Shown: positions 1-15,957 of the stretch, piece after piece | How positions within the stretch are numbered: the first letter of the stretch is position 1 | How the letters are laid out: every line of letters begins with the position of its first letter | From: Alphaproteobacteria bacterium | Lineage (GTDB): Bacteria > Pseudomonadota > Alphaproteobacteria > JACZXZ01 | DNA length: 64,000 nt | Reading direction: 5' to 3' | NCBI GenBank assembly: GCA_035509415.1 | Contig: DATJLQ010000233.1 | Location: 10,943 to 74,942, forward strand | The notes under the pieces: model-generated | What the model saw: the letters and a program-made list of their open reading frames with translations, nothing else | Databases searched by the model: none | What the model was told of the DNA's origin: nothing | Program-made: the position numbers and the translations under genes

Positions 1-17
1 CGGGCTGAGCGCCCGGC

Positions 18-1574
18 CTACGCGTCGGGTCCGCGCGCAGGCCAGTATTGCGCGCGGATTTCGCGCTTCAGGATCTTGCCCACGGCGCTCCGCGGCAGAT
101 CGTCGACCAGCTTCACGAGGCGCGGCCGCTTGTGGCGCGCGAGCTGGCCCAGGCAGAACTCGACCAGCTCCTCGGGCGTCGCGTGCATGCCGAGCTTGAG
201 CGCCACATGCGCCGCCGGCACCTCGCCCAGGCGCTCGTCCGGGATGCCGAAAGCGGCGCATTCGCGCACCGCGGGATGGCGATACAGCGCCTGCTCGATT
301 TCGGCCGGGAACACGTTCTCGCCGCCCTGGACGATCACGTCCTTCGAGCGGTCGACCAGCACGAGGAACCCGTCCGGATCGAGATAGCCGAGATCGCCGG
401 TCCAGAGCCAGCCGTCGCCCGAGCGATAGGCCGCTTCGGTCGCCTCCGGGTCCTTGTAGTAGCCGAGCATGACGTGCTCGCCGCGCGTCACCACCTCGCC
501 GGTCTCGCCGCGCGCGAGGCGCGCACCGTCGGGCGCCCTGATCTCGAGCTCGACGTTGAAGACCGGCCGGCCGACGCTATGGGCCTTGGCCGGGAGATCG
601 CCCGGCCGGCGCGCGGTGAGCGGGCAGGCCTCGGAGGCGCCGTAATTGTCGGTCAGGGCCACGCCCGGCAACGCCGCAGCAATGCGCTCGATGAGGGCGG
701 TCGGCATCGCCATGCCGGCATGGTTGATCTTCTTGAGGCTCCGGAGGCGCACGGGATCGAACGAAGGGTGCTTCACCAGATCGTTGATCTGGGTCGGAAC
801 CAGAAGGGCCGCCGTGACGCCGTGGCGCTCGACCGAGGCGATGAAATGCTCCACGTCCCAACGGGGTGCGAGCACCGCCGTGGCGCCGCACATGATCGCG
901 GCGTGGAACCAGACATAAAGTCCGGCGGTGTGGAACAAGGGCGTCGTCATGGCGGCGACGTCGCGCTCCTCGAGGCCGAACTCGATGATCGCGGCCAACG
1001 CCGATTGCCCGCGCGCGCGGTGGGACACGAGCACGCCCTTGGGGAGGCCCGTGGTGCCACCCGTGAAGTTGACGCCCAAGGGATCGGTCTCCTCGAGCGG
1101 GATTTCGGGCGGCGTCGCGGCGGCGCCGTCGATGAAATCCTCGAAGCGCATCGCGCCGGCCGGCGCTACGCCCGCGCCCGCACCCGCGACGAGGATCGTC
1201 TCGAGCGCCGGCGCTTGGGCCAAGGCGTTCGCGAGCGGCGGGACGAGCGGCGCCTCGATCAGGATCGCGCGCGCTTCGGTGAGCGCGAGGATGCGCGCCA
1301 AGTCCTTCGACACCGCGCGCGTGCTGCCATGCGCGACCACGACGCCTCTCCGCGCGGCACCGTAAAAGGCGATCGCGTATTCCGGCCGGTTCGAGCACAG
1401 GATGACGAGGACGTCGCCTTTTCGCAGGCCGCGTGCCGCGAGCGCGTTGGCGAAACGGTCGGCGGCGCCATCGAGGGACGCGTAATCGAGCCGCTCGTCG
1501 CCGAACAGGAGCGCCGCCCGCTTAGGGAGGCGACGCGCGGTGCGCCGCAATATGTCGCCGGCCAAAAAGGACAT
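18..1574 (-). CDS. AMP-dependent acyl-CoA synthetase/ligase (adenylate-forming enzyme)
   Basis: ORF 18..1736(-) carries adenylation-family motifs (FTGGTTGLPKGV, NYGASE, TGDLGYLDPDGFLVLVDRSKD, GKILKRE). I place the start at the internal ATG at 1574 (MSFLAGDILRR). The 54 upstream codons only translate a 15-bp DNA tandem repeat (QSGQG x3). Confidence 0.9.
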   Translation of the reverse strand: MSFLAGDILRRTARRLPKRAALLFGDERLDYASLDGAADRFANALAARGLRKGDVLVILCSNRPEYAIAFYGAARRGVVVAHGSTRAVSKDLARILALTEARAILIEAPLVPPLANALAQAPALETILVAGAGAGVAPAGAMRFEDFIDGAAATPPEIPLEETDPLGVNFTGGTTGLPKGVLVSHRARGQSALAAIIEFGLEERDVAAMTTPLFHTAGLYVWFHAAIMCGATAVLAPRWDVEHFIASVERHGVTAALLVPTQINDLVKHPSFDPVRLRSLKKINHAGMAMPTALIERIAAALPGVALTDNYGASEACPLTARRPGDLPAKAHSVGRPVFNVELEIRAPDGARLARGETGEVVTRGEHVMLGYYKDPEATEAAYRSGDGWLWTGDLGYLDPDGFLVLVDRSKDVIVQGGENVFPAEIEQALYRHPAVRECAAFGIPDERLGEVPAAHVALKLGMHATPEELVEFCLGQLARHKRPRLVKLVDDLPRSAVGKILKREIRAQYWPARGPDA

Positions 1575-1663
1575 GCAGGTCCGCTTCGCTCGCCTCTCGC
1601 CGGCCCGCGCGGCCAAGCTCGGAGCCCCACGGTCGCGGCGTCCGATTGATAAAGCGCGCGTCT

Positions 1664-1712
1664 GGCCCTGTCCAGATTGGCCCTGTCCAGATTGGCCCTG
1701 TCCAGATTGGCG
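1664..1712. repeat. 15-bp direct tandem repeat, GGCCCTGTCCAGATT x3 plus a partial fourth copy
   Basis: Read directly: three perfect units at 1664-1678, 1679-1693 and 1694-1708, then GGCGCC. It lies in the 464-bp divergent intergenic region between the acyl-CoA ligase and gltB. Confidence 0.95.
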
Positions 1713-2038
1713 CCCGCGCGGCACCCAGGCCCGCAACCGGCCCTTGGCGAAGAATATTCTTTCGAGCCGGCCGGCCGCGCGAATTTTAAGCAGCCGTCGG
1801 CGTCAAAAATTCCTGCCCTGGAAACAGAGATTTACCGCAGTGCAGCAGAATCCGGGAAAAGGCGGGCATCGACGCCCGCGATAGCCCCCTCGCGGCCAGG
1901 CCGCGCCTCAAGGCAAGAGTCGCGTTCGCCTTCGATCTTATGCATATTATGGTCTTAGCAAGTCGCCGGGGCACGGGACGGCCCGGCGAGTTCCGCACAT
2001 GGGCGGCGGTTCAACTAGCAGCGATTGGCGAGTGACGC

Positions 2039-6688
<4,650 letters not shown>

Positions 6689-6753
6689 CGGCGCGCGGCG
6701 GGGATCGCGCGTCCCGGCGGCACACATCCAACGCGTTCGGGAGTCTCGACTGA

Positions 6754-8205
<1,452 letters not shown>

Positions 8206-8264
8206 AGCGCCGGCGCGCGGGGCGCTTGGAGCGCGAGACGGAAATCGGACCAGAGGACGAGGTC

Positions 8265-8528
8265 ATGGCCATCGAAGGATTGATGAAGCCGGTCGCGGTT
8301 CCGCTCGCCGAGATCTACATCCCGGTCAAGTTCCGCGACACGCTCGACCCCAAGAAGGTCGAGGCGCTCGCCGAGAGTTTCGTCGACAAGGGCATGCAGA
8401 GCCCGATCAACGTGCGGCGCGACAAGGAGCGCTACGTGCTCGTCGCCGGGTACCACCGGCTCGAGGCGGCGCGCTCGCTCGGCGAGAAGACCATCCAGGC
8501 CTTCGTCGTGCGCGCACCGCAACGTTGA
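8265..8528 (+). CDS. stand-alone ParB/Srx-fold N-terminal domain protein (87 aa)
   Basis: This is the tail of ORF 7470..8528. The ATG at 8265 is preceded by GAGGACGAGG. The sequence [53 protein letters not shown] resembles the ParB-like nuclease / ParB N-domain box. No HTH or dimerisation domain follows. Confidence 0.7.
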   Translation: MAIEGLMKPVAVPLAEIYIPVKFRDTLDPKKVEALAESFVDKGMQSPINVRRDKERYVLVAGYHRLEAARSLGEKTIQAFVVRAPQR

Positions 8529-8579
8529 ACGGACGGCGGAAAAGAGATTAGGCTCCAGGCGCCGCGCGCGAGGTCCGAG

Positions 8580-9494
8580 ATGAGCACCCAAGACGAGAAA
8601 CCCCCGACCCGCCCCACCCCGCTCGTCGCCCCGGCCGCGATCGCGGTCGTGGGCCTCGGCAATATGGGCCGGCCCATGGCCGCGTGCCTGGCCAAGGCCG
8701 GCTACCGCGTCGCGGGCTTCGACGTCTCGTCCGACGCGCGCCAGGCGTTCGCGGCCGCGGGCGGAACGGCGGCGGCGGACGCGAAGGCCGCGGTCGCCAC
8801 GGCGGATGCGGTCATTACGCTGCTGCCGGACGGAAAGATCGTGCGCCAGGCGGTCCTCGGCTTCCGGCCCCATCTCAAGCCCGGCGCCATCGTGATCGAG
8901 ATGAGCTCGTCCGATCCCATCGGCACGCGCGAGCTCGGCGCCGAGACGATCGCGGCCGGCTTCGGCTTCGTCGACGCGCCGGTCTCGGGCGGCGTGCGCC
9001 GTGCCGTCAACGGGACCCTCGCGATCATGGTGGGCGGCGACGCGGCCACCATCGACCGGGTCGAGCCCGTGCTCAAGGCGATGGGCAGCTCGATCTTCCG
9101 TACCGGCTCGCTCGGCTCGGGACACGCGATCAAGGCGCTCAACAATTACGTCTCGGCCGCGGGCCTGGTCGCGACCGTCGAGGCGCTCGCGATCGGGCGC
9201 AAGTTCGGCCTCGACCCGAACACCATCGCCGACGTGCTCAACGCGAGCTCGGGCAAGAGCTACACGACCGAGCTCAAGCTCAAGCAGTTCATCGTCTCCG
9301 AGACCTACGCCGCGGGCTTCCTCATGCGCCTCATGGCCAAGGACGTGCGCACGGCGGAGCGGCTCGCGGACGCGATCGACGTTCCGGCGCCGCTCGCCGA
9401 GCGCGTCGCCGACCTCTGGGACGAGGCGTCGAAGACGCTCGGCCCGGCCGCCGACCATACCGAAATCGGCCGCTACATCGGAAAGCTGCGCTGA
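8580..9494 (+). CDS. NAD(P)-dependent beta-hydroxyacid dehydrogenase (3-hydroxyisobutyrate dehydrogenase family)
   Basis: 304 aa. N-terminal Rossmann motif [21 protein letters not shown], and family-typical [11 protein letters not shown]. Confidence 0.88.
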   Translation: MSTQDEKPPTRPTPLVAPAAIAVVGLGNMGRPMAACLAKAGYRVAGFDVSSDARQAFAAAGGTAAADAKAAVATADAVITLLPDGKIVRQAVLGFRPHLKPGAIVIEMSSSDPIGTRELGAETIAAGFGFVDAPVSGGVRRAVNGTLAIMVGGDAATIDRVEPVLKAMGSSIFRTGSLGSGHAIKALNNYVSAAGLVATVEALAIGRKFGLDPNTIADVLNASSGKSYTTELKLKQFIVSETYAAGFLMRLMAKDVRTAERLADAIDVPAPLAERVADLWDEASKTLGPAADHTEIGRYIGKLR

Positions 9495-9532
9495 CGCCCT
9501 TCACTTCGACACGCCATCCAAGGGAGGAACCC

Positions 9533-9940
9533 ATGGCAAAATCGTCCACCCCCGATCTCGAGCCCCTGTTCGACCGCGGCCTCGCCGTGCGCCGCGAGGT
9601 GCTCGGCGCCGACTACGTCGACGCGTCGATCAAGAACGCCAACGAGTTCACCAGCGCCTTCCAGCACATCACGACCGAGATGTGCTGGGGCTACGCCTGG
9701 ACCCGGCCCGGGCTCTCGCGCAAGACCCGCAGCATGCTGAACCTTGCCATGCTCACGGCCTTGAACCGCTCGCCCGAGGTCAAGCTCCACGTACGCGGCG
9801 CCATCAACAATGGCGTCACGGTCGAGGAGATCAAGGAAGTGCTGCTGCACGCGACCGTCTATTGCGGCATCCCCGCGGGCCTCGACGCGTTCAAGGCGGC
9901 GAACGAGGTCCTGAAGGAGATGGGCAAGGTCGCGAAATAG
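9533..9940 (+). CDS. carboxymuconolactone decarboxylase (CMD/PcaC-like) family protein
   Basis: 135 aa. ATG at 9533 with a GGGAGGAAC RBS. The sequence (CWGYAWTRPGLSRKTRSMLNLAMLTAL, EEIKEVLLHATVYCGIPAG) is typical of the CMD family. Confidence 0.85.
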   Translation: MAKSSTPDLEPLFDRGLAVRREVLGADYVDASIKNANEFTSAFQHITTEMCWGYAWTRPGLSRKTRSMLNLAMLTALNRSPEVKLHVRGAINNGVTVEEIKEVLLHATVYCGIPAGLDAFKAANEVLKEMGKVAK

Positions 9941-9955
9941 CCGGGGCGCGGCACC

Positions 9956-10783
9956 GTGAGCGCCGCTCTCCCGAGCTACGAGCTCTACGCCATCCGTTAT
10001 GCGACGCGCGACGCGCGCCGGCGCGACCATTTCGTGGGCGGCGACGCGCACGACGCCCCCATGCCGATGGACTACTTCGTCTGGCTCGCCAAGGGACCCG
10101 CGGGACCCGTCGTGATCGACACCGGCTTCACGGCGGAGACCGCGGCCGCGCGCGGGCGCACCCATTTGCGCTGCCCCGCGGACGCGTTGGGGCTTCTCGG
10201 CGTCGAGGCGGCCGAGGTCGAGACGGTGATCCTGACCCACCTCCATTACGACCACGTCGGCACTTTCCACAAATTCCCCAAGGCGCGCTTCCATCTCCAG
10301 GCGCGCGAGATGGAATACGCGACCGGGCGGCACATGCGCTTTCCGGTGTTCGGCCATTCCTACGCGGTCGAGGACGTGGTCGGCATGGTGCGGCTCAACT
10401 TCAAGGGCCGGGTCGAGTTCCACGACGGCGACGCCGAGCTCGCCCCCGGCCTCTCGATTCATCGCGTGGGCGGCCATACGGCGGGGCTCCAGATCGTGCG
10501 CGTGCACACGAAGCGCGGCTGGGTCGTGCTGGCGTCGGACGCGAGCCACTTCTTCGAAAATCTGCGCGACCGGCGCCCCTTCACCGTCGCGTTCCACCTG
10601 GGCGACATGGTGGATGCGTTCGCGACCGTCGAGCGGCTCGCGGATTCCGCCGACCACATCGTCCCGGGCCACGATCCCGAAGTGATGCGCCTTTATCCAG
10701 CACCCGCGCGGGCGCTGGCCGGCATCGCCGTGCGCCTCGACGTCGAGCCCGAGGCTCGCGAGAGCAAAGCCGCGACCGACTGA
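9956..10783 (+). CDS. MBL-fold metallo-hydrolase (N-acyl-homoserine-lactonase-like subgroup)
   Basis: 275 aa. It has the HxHxDH zinc motif (THLHYDHVG) and a later HTAG and HD. The start is a GTG per the ORF track. Confidence 0.8.
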   Translation: MSAALPSYELYAIRYATRDARRRDHFVGGDAHDAPMPMDYFVWLAKGPAGPVVIDTGFTAETAAARGRTHLRCPADALGLLGVEAAEVETVILTHLHYDHVGTFHKFPKARFHLQAREMEYATGRHMRFPVFGHSYAVEDVVGMVRLNFKGRVEFHDGDAELAPGLSIHRVGGHTAGLQIVRVHTKRGWVVLASDASHFFENLRDRRPFTVAFHLGDMVDAFATVERLADSADHIVPGHDPEVMRLYPAPARALAGIAVRLDVEPEARESKAATD

Positions 10784-10846
10784 GCGCCCTTGCGCGGACC
10801 GGGCATGCGGTCTTAAGCTCGGGCGAGCCTGCGACCCGAGGTCACC

Positions 10847-11809
10847 ATGGCGAAGTGCCCGAGTTTCGAGCCGGCCGGCGTCATTCCCGCCTGCCTCCTG
10901 CCGTTCGATGCGGACTACGCGATCGACGAGGCCGAATACCGGCGCCATCTCGGCCATCTCGCGGCGGTGCCCGGCCTCGCCGCGATCACGACCAACGCGC
11001 ACGCGGCCGAGGTGCACGCGCTTACGTTCGACGAGCAGCGCCGCGTGCTCGATCTCACCTTGGAGGCGGTCGGCGATCGGCTTCCCGTGATTTCGGGCGT
11101 CTATACGGATTCGAGCCTCGCCGCGGCCGAGATCGCGCGCATGGCGGCGGCCGGCGGCGCCTCGGCGCTTCTCGTGTTCCCGCCCAACAGCATGCTCATG
11201 GGCGGACAATTGCGGCCCGAGATGGCGCTCGCCCATTTCAAGCGCATCGCGGACGCGACCGACCTGCCGCTGATCCTGTTCCAGTACCCGCTCGCGGGCG
11301 GGCTCGGCTATCCCTTCGAGACGCTGCTCCGCATCCTCGACCAGGTGCCGAGCGTGCGCGCGATCAAGGATTGGTGCAACGATCCGATGCTGCACCAGCG
11401 CCACATCCGCACGCTCCACGCGCTGCCGCGCCCCGTGAAGGTGCTCAGCACCCACAGCGCGTGGCTCATGAGCTCGCTCGTCATGGGCTGCGACGGCTTG
11501 CTTTCGGGAGCGGGCAGCGTGATTGCCGATCTTCAGTCGGCACTCTGGCGCGCCCTCCAGGCCAAGGACCTCGCCGCCGCGCAAGCGATCGACGCGCGCA
11601 TCTATCCCCTCGCCCAGGCCTTCTACGCGGCACCCTTCCTCGACATGCACAATCGCATGAAAGAAGCGTTGGTGCTGCTCGGCCGGCTCGAGCGCGCGAT
11701 CGTGCGGCCGCCGCTCATGAAACTCGCGCCCGCCGAGATCGAGCGCTTGCGGAAGGCGCTTCAAGAGGCGCGTATCGCCGAAGCCGGGGCGCTCGACCTC
11801 GCGGCGTGA
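10847..11809 (+). CDS. dihydrodipicolinate synthase / N-acetylneuraminate lyase family protein
   Basis: 320 aa with the DapA-family layout (GVIPACLLPFD..., TTNAHAAEV, ILFQYP). Substrate unknown. Confidence 0.82.
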   Translation: MAKCPSFEPAGVIPACLLPFDADYAIDEAEYRRHLGHLAAVPGLAAITTNAHAAEVHALTFDEQRRVLDLTLEAVGDRLPVISGVYTDSSLAAAEIARMAAAGGASALLVFPPNSMLMGGQLRPEMALAHFKRIADATDLPLILFQYPLAGGLGYPFETLLRILDQVPSVRAIKDWCNDPMLHQRHIRTLHALPRPVKVLSTHSAWLMSSLVMGCDGLLSGAGSVIADLQSALWRALQAKDLAAAQAIDARIYPLAQAFYAAPFLDMHNRMKEALVLLGRLERAIVRPPLMKLAPAEIERLRKALQEARIAEAGALDLAA

Positions 11810-11935
11810 CGGCCGCACGCCGCAGCCCAAGCGAGGGCAGCGGATTCGCTTGAATTCAACGCGATCCTCGGACGATAATCCCGTTTCAATCAGTCGGCAT
11901 CGAATGCCGCATTATGAAAACAGGGAGGGTCAATC

Positions 11936-13246
11936 ATGTTCGCACGTAAAACAGGCATGGGTGCGTTGCACCGAGCCGCGGCGACCATCCTCGCCGCGAG
12001 CGTCTTGGCGCTCGGCGCGGCAGAGGCGCATGCGGAGTCCGTGAAGATCGGCCTGGTCACCTTTCTCTCGGGTCCCGCCGCCGCCCCGTTCGGCGTTCCG
12101 GCCCAGCACGCGGCCGACCTCATGATCGACGCCATCAACAAAGGCGAGCTGCCGGCGCCGTTCCACACCAAGGGCGTGGGCGGGGCGGCGATCGACTCCT
12201 TCTGGGTCGACGAGGCGGGGCCGGTCACCAAGGTGGTGCAGGACTTCCGCGACATGGTCGAGCGGCGCGACGTCAACGCGGTCGTGGGCTACGTCTCGTC
12301 GGGAAGCTGCCTCGGCATCGCCCCCGTGGCGGAGGAGCTGAAGAAGCTCACCGTCTTCTTCGACTGCGGCACGCCGCGCATCTTCGAGGCGGCGAAGCTC
12401 CATTACGTGTTCCGCACCAGTGCGACCGCGACCATGGATAGCGTCGGCGCCGCGCGCTATCTCATGACCGAATTCCCGAAGATGAAGAGCTTCGGCGGCA
12501 TCAACCAGAACTACGCCTGGGGCCAGGATTCGTGGCACGATTTCGAGGCCGCGATGAAGGACCTGAAGCCGAGTCTCGCGATCACCACCGTGCAGTTCCC
12601 GAAGCTGTTCGCGGGCCAGTACAGCGCCGAGATCTCGGCGCTGCTCGCGAGCCATTCGGACGTGATCCATTCGAGCTTCTTCGACGGCGACCTCGAGAGC
12701 TTCATCCTCCAGGCCGAGCCGCGCGGCCTGTTCCAGGAATCCCACGTCGTGTTCACGACCGGCGAGACGGTGATGTTCCGCTTCGGCTCCAAGCTGCCCG
12801 ACGGCACCATCCTCGGCGGGCGCGGCCCCTACGGCGTGCTCGCGCACCCGAGCGCCTTGAACACCTGGTTCCGCAAGAGCTTCATCGAGAAGTTCGGCAC
12901 GCCGCCCACCTATCCCGCGTACCAGATGGCGAACGCGCTGCTCGGCGTCAAATTCGCCTACGACAAGGCCGCCAAGGCCCATCCGAATCCGAGCCAGGAG
13001 CAGGTGATCGAGGCGCTGACCCACGCGAAGTACGAAGGCATGGGCACCGAGATCGACATGGCCAACGGCGACGGCCACCAGGCGATCACCGACACGGCCT
13101 ATGGCGAGTACAAATACGACACCAAGACCGGCCAGCCGACCTTGACCCACATCGTCTACTACCCGGCGGCGTGCGTGAACCCGCCGGCGAACATGAACAG
13201 CACCGACTGGCTCAAGGCGGGCATGCCTGGCGCCAAGTGCAAGTGA
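11936..13246 (+). CDS. ABC transporter substrate-binding protein (Leu/Ile/Val-binding, type 1 periplasmic fold)
   Basis: 436 aa. A GGGAGGG RBS precedes the ATG. It has an N-terminal signal peptide (AASVLALGAAEAHA) and is followed by Liv-type permeases and ATPases. Confidence 0.85.
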   Translation: MFARKTGMGALHRAAATILAASVLALGAAEAHAESVKIGLVTFLSGPAAAPFGVPAQHAADLMIDAINKGELPAPFHTKGVGGAAIDSFWVDEAGPVTKVVQDFRDMVERRDVNAVVGYVSSGSCLGIAPVAEELKKLTVFFDCGTPRIFEAAKLHYVFRTSATATMDSVGAARYLMTEFPKMKSFGGINQNYAWGQDSWHDFEAAMKDLKPSLAITTVQFPKLFAGQYSAEISALLASHSDVIHSSFFDGDLESFILQAEPRGLFQESHVVFTTGETVMFRFGSKLPDGTILGGRGPYGVLAHPSALNTWFRKSFIEKFGTPPTYPAYQMANALLGVKFAYDKAAKAHPNPSQEQVIEALTHAKYEGMGTEIDMANGDGHQAITDTAYGEYKYDTKTGQPTLTHIVYYPAACVNPPANMNSTDWLKAGMPGAKCK

Positions 13247-13293
13247 GGCGTGCCGGACTTCGCCCCTGACATGGCGGGCGGCGGGCGGGCCTC

Positions 13294-14217
13294 GTGCCCG
13301 ACCCGCCGCTCGGATTTTCGATGTTGACCGCGCTCACGATCCTGGTGGACGGGCTCGTCTATTCGTCCTGGCTGTTCATCGTCGCGGTCGGTCTCACGCT
13401 GATCTTCGGCGTGATGAAGGTGCTCAACGTCGCCCATGGCGGCTTCTACTCGATCGGCGCCTACGCCGCCGCCTGGTCGATCGGCCTTTATTTCCAGGCG
13501 GGCTTCGCACCCTTGGGCGCCTACGCGCTCCTGATCCTCTCCGCGATCGTGAGCGGCGCCATCGTGGGCTTCGTGCTCGAGCGCGGCCTCTTGCGCTTCG
13601 TCTACGGACGCGACGAGGTGCTGGTCGTGCTCGTGACCTACGCCGTGTTCCTCATCCTCGAGAATCTCGTGCTCCAAATCTGGGGCGTGGACGCCTACCT
13701 CGCCTACCAGCCCGATTCCGGCCTCGGCGTCACCAAGCTCGACGGCCTCGCCTTCTCGAACTACGAATTGGCGCTCATCCCGACCGCGGGCCTGATCGGC
13801 TTCGGCCTCTGGTGGGGCTTGAACCGCACGCGCGCGGGCAAGGTGCTGCGCGCGGTGATCCACGACCGCGAGATGGCGCTCGCCTTCGGCATCGACGTCC
13901 AGCGCCTGTTCACCGTCACCTTCGTGATCGGCGCGATCCTGGGTGCTTTCGGCGGTGCGGTCACGGCACCCATGATCTCGGTGACCCCCGGCATCGGCGT
14001 CGAGGTGATCGTGCTCGCCTTCGCGGTCGTGGTGATCAGCGGCTTGGGCAGCGTGCCGGGGACCATGGTCGGGGCGCTCATCGTGGGCCTGTGCCGCGCG
14101 GCCGCGGTGCATCTCCTGCCCCAGGTCGAGCTGTTCGTGATCTATGCGGTCATGTCGGTGGTGCTGATCGTGCGGCCCCAGGGCCTGTTCGGCACGAGCC
14201 AGCCGCGGCGCATCTGA
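13294..14217 (+). CDS. branched-chain amino acid-type ABC transporter permease (LivH-type)
   Basis: Polytopic membrane protein. The start is GTG at 13294 per the track. ATG at 13321 (MLTALTILVDGL) is an equally plausible start. Confidence 0.85.
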   Translation: MPDPPLGFSMLTALTILVDGLVYSSWLFIVAVGLTLIFGVMKVLNVAHGGFYSIGAYAAAWSIGLYFQAGFAPLGAYALLILSAIVSGAIVGFVLERGLLRFVYGRDEVLVVLVTYAVFLILENLVLQIWGVDAYLAYQPDSGLGVTKLDGLAFSNYELALIPTAGLIGFGLWWGLNRTRAGKVLRAVIHDREMALAFGIDVQRLFTVTFVIGAILGAFGGAVTAPMISVTPGIGVEVIVLAFAVVVISGLGSVPGTMVGALIVGLCRAAAVHLLPQVELFVIYAVMSVVLIVRPQGLFGTSQPRRI

Positions 14218-14218
14218 G

Positions 14219-15178
14219 ATGCGCATGGACCGCACGACCCGAGCGCTCCTTGCGGCCGCTGTCCTCCTGATCGGCGCGAGCTTCCTCATCCCCGACTGGG
14301 TGATCTTCCTCGCGACCGTGATCGTGGCCAAGGCGCTGGTCGTGCTCGGGCTCGTGATCCTGTGGCGCACGGGGCTCATGTCCTTCGGCCAGGCGCTCTA
14401 TTACGGGCTCGCGGGCTACGCCGTCGGCCTCGCGCAGGCCGAGCTCGGCGTGCGCGACGCGTTCCTCCTGGTCGGCATCGGCATCCTGAGCTCGGCGGCG
14501 ATCGCGCTCGTGCTCGGCTTCCTCCTCGCGCGCTACCGCGACATTTTCTTCGCCATGCTGAGCCTCGCCTTCTCGATGATCTTCTACGGCACGCTGGTGC
14601 GTAGCGAGACCCTCGGCAGCACCGACGGCTTCTCGATCCTGCTGCCGCATTTCCTCGGCTACGCGCCCGGGAGCCGCGCCGCCGGGCACGATCTCCTGAT
14701 TCTCACCGTCGTGCTCGCGGCGGCGGCGGCCTGGCTCGTGCACCGCTATCTCGCCTCGCCCATGGGCCATCTCACGACGGCGATCCGCGACAACGAGATT
14801 CGGGTCGAGTATCTGGGCTACTCGGTCGAGCGCGCGATCCGGGTCAAGTACGTGCTCGCGGCGGCACTCGCGGGTGCGGGCGGCGCCCTCGTGGTGCTCG
14901 CGGTCGGCCATGTCGATCCCGATTCCACATACTGGACCACGTCGGGCGAGTTCGTGTTCGTGACCATCCTCTCGGGAGCGGGCAGCGTGCTCGCCCCCTT
15001 CCTCGGCTCGGCGCTGTTCGAGACGCTGCGCGCCTACGCGACCGACTACGCACCCCATAGCTGGCAGATGGTGCTCGGCGTGTGCCTCCTGCTCCTGATC
15101 CTGTTCATGCCCCAGGGCGTGTGGTCGCTGTTCGGGCGCGTGCGCCGGCTCGGCGCCAAGGACAAGGTCGCGTCATGA
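14219..15178 (+). CDS. branched-chain amino acid-type ABC transporter permease (LivM-type)
   Basis: 319 aa, polytopic. It starts 1 nt after the previous stop. Confidence 0.86.
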   Translation: MRMDRTTRALLAAAVLLIGASFLIPDWVIFLATVIVAKALVVLGLVILWRTGLMSFGQALYYGLAGYAVGLAQAELGVRDAFLLVGIGILSSAAIALVLGFLLARYRDIFFAMLSLAFSMIFYGTLVRSETLGSTDGFSILLPHFLGYAPGSRAAGHDLLILTVVLAAAAAWLVHRYLASPMGHLTTAIRDNEIRVEYLGYSVERAIRVKYVLAAALAGAGGALVVLAVGHVDPDSTYWTTSGEFVFVTILSGAGSVLAPFLGSALFETLRAYATDYAPHSWQMVLGVCLLLLILFMPQGVWSLFGRVRRLGAKDKVAS

Positions 15179-15957
15179 CCGCGCTCCTCGAAGTCAGGAA
15201 CCTCAACAAATCCTTCGGCTCGGTCGTGGCCGCGAACGACATCACGGTCTCGGTCGCGGACGGCGAGGTGGTCGGCATCATCGGCTCGAACGGCGCCGGC
15301 AAGACCACCTTCGTCAACATGGTGACCGGCTACATGAAGCCGACCAGCGGCACGATCGAGTTCCAGGGCCGCGACATCACCATGCTCCCGACCCGGCGCG
15401 TGATCGCGGCCGGCATTTCGCGCTCGTTCCAGGTGCCGCAGGTGTTCTCGACCGCGACGGTGGCCGACAATCTCCTCATCGCCTATGGAATCGCGCAAGG
15501 AACGCGCTATCCGCTCTGGCGCCCGCTGCACCACGGCGCGCGCGTGGACGCGGTCGACGCCGCCCTCGAGCGCTTCGGCATCCTCAATTACCGCAACCTC
15601 GAGGCGGGCCTCTTGCCGCAGGGGGTGCGGAAGCTCCTCGACATCGCCATGGCGACCGTGCGCGGCCCGCGCCTTCTTTTGCTCGACGAACCGACCAGCG
15701 GCATCAGCGTCGAGGAGAAGTTCGGCATCATGGACGTGATCATGGCGGCGCTCAGGGCCGAGCGCTGCGCGGTGCTGTTCGTCGAGCACGACATGGAGAT
15801 CGTCGGGCGCTATGCCGAGCGCGTGATCGCCTTCGCCGAGGGCACCATCATCGCCGAGGGCGCACCCGCCGCCGTGATCGCCGACCCGCAGGTGCGGCGC
15901 TACGTCACGGGCGAGCCGGTCGGCGCGCGCCGGTTCCGCGCCGCGCCGGCGTCGTGA
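15175..15957 (+). CDS. ABC transporter ATP-binding protein (LivG-type)
   Basis: The ATG at 15175 overlaps the upstream stop (ATGA). Walker A GSNGAGKTT, and LLLLDEPTSG. Confidence 0.9.
   Translation: MTALLEVRNLNKSFGSVVAANDITVSVADGEVVGIIGSNGAGKTTFVNMVTGYMKPTSGTIEFQGRDITMLPTRRVIAAGISRSFQVPQVFSTATVADNLLIAYGIAQGTRYPLWRPLHHGARVDAVDAALERFGILNYRNLEAGLLPQGVRKLLDIAMATVRGPRLLLLDEPTSGISVEEKFGIMDVIMAALRAERCAVLFVEHDMEIVGRYAERVIAFAEGTIIAEGAPAAVIADPQVRRYVTGEPVGARRFRAAPAS

Noticed and set aside
1664-1712. Whether any of the short tandem repeats (1664-1712, 15955-16014, 47058-47111) is a CRISPR array
   Set aside because: The units are 14-18 bp, directly abutting with no spacers. There are only 3-4 copies and no cas genes in the window.
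1575-1736. N-terminal extension of the acyl-CoA ligase ORF containing (QSGQG)3
   Set aside because: The extension merely translates the 15-bp DNA tandem repeat. Family homology starts at the internal ATG at 1574.
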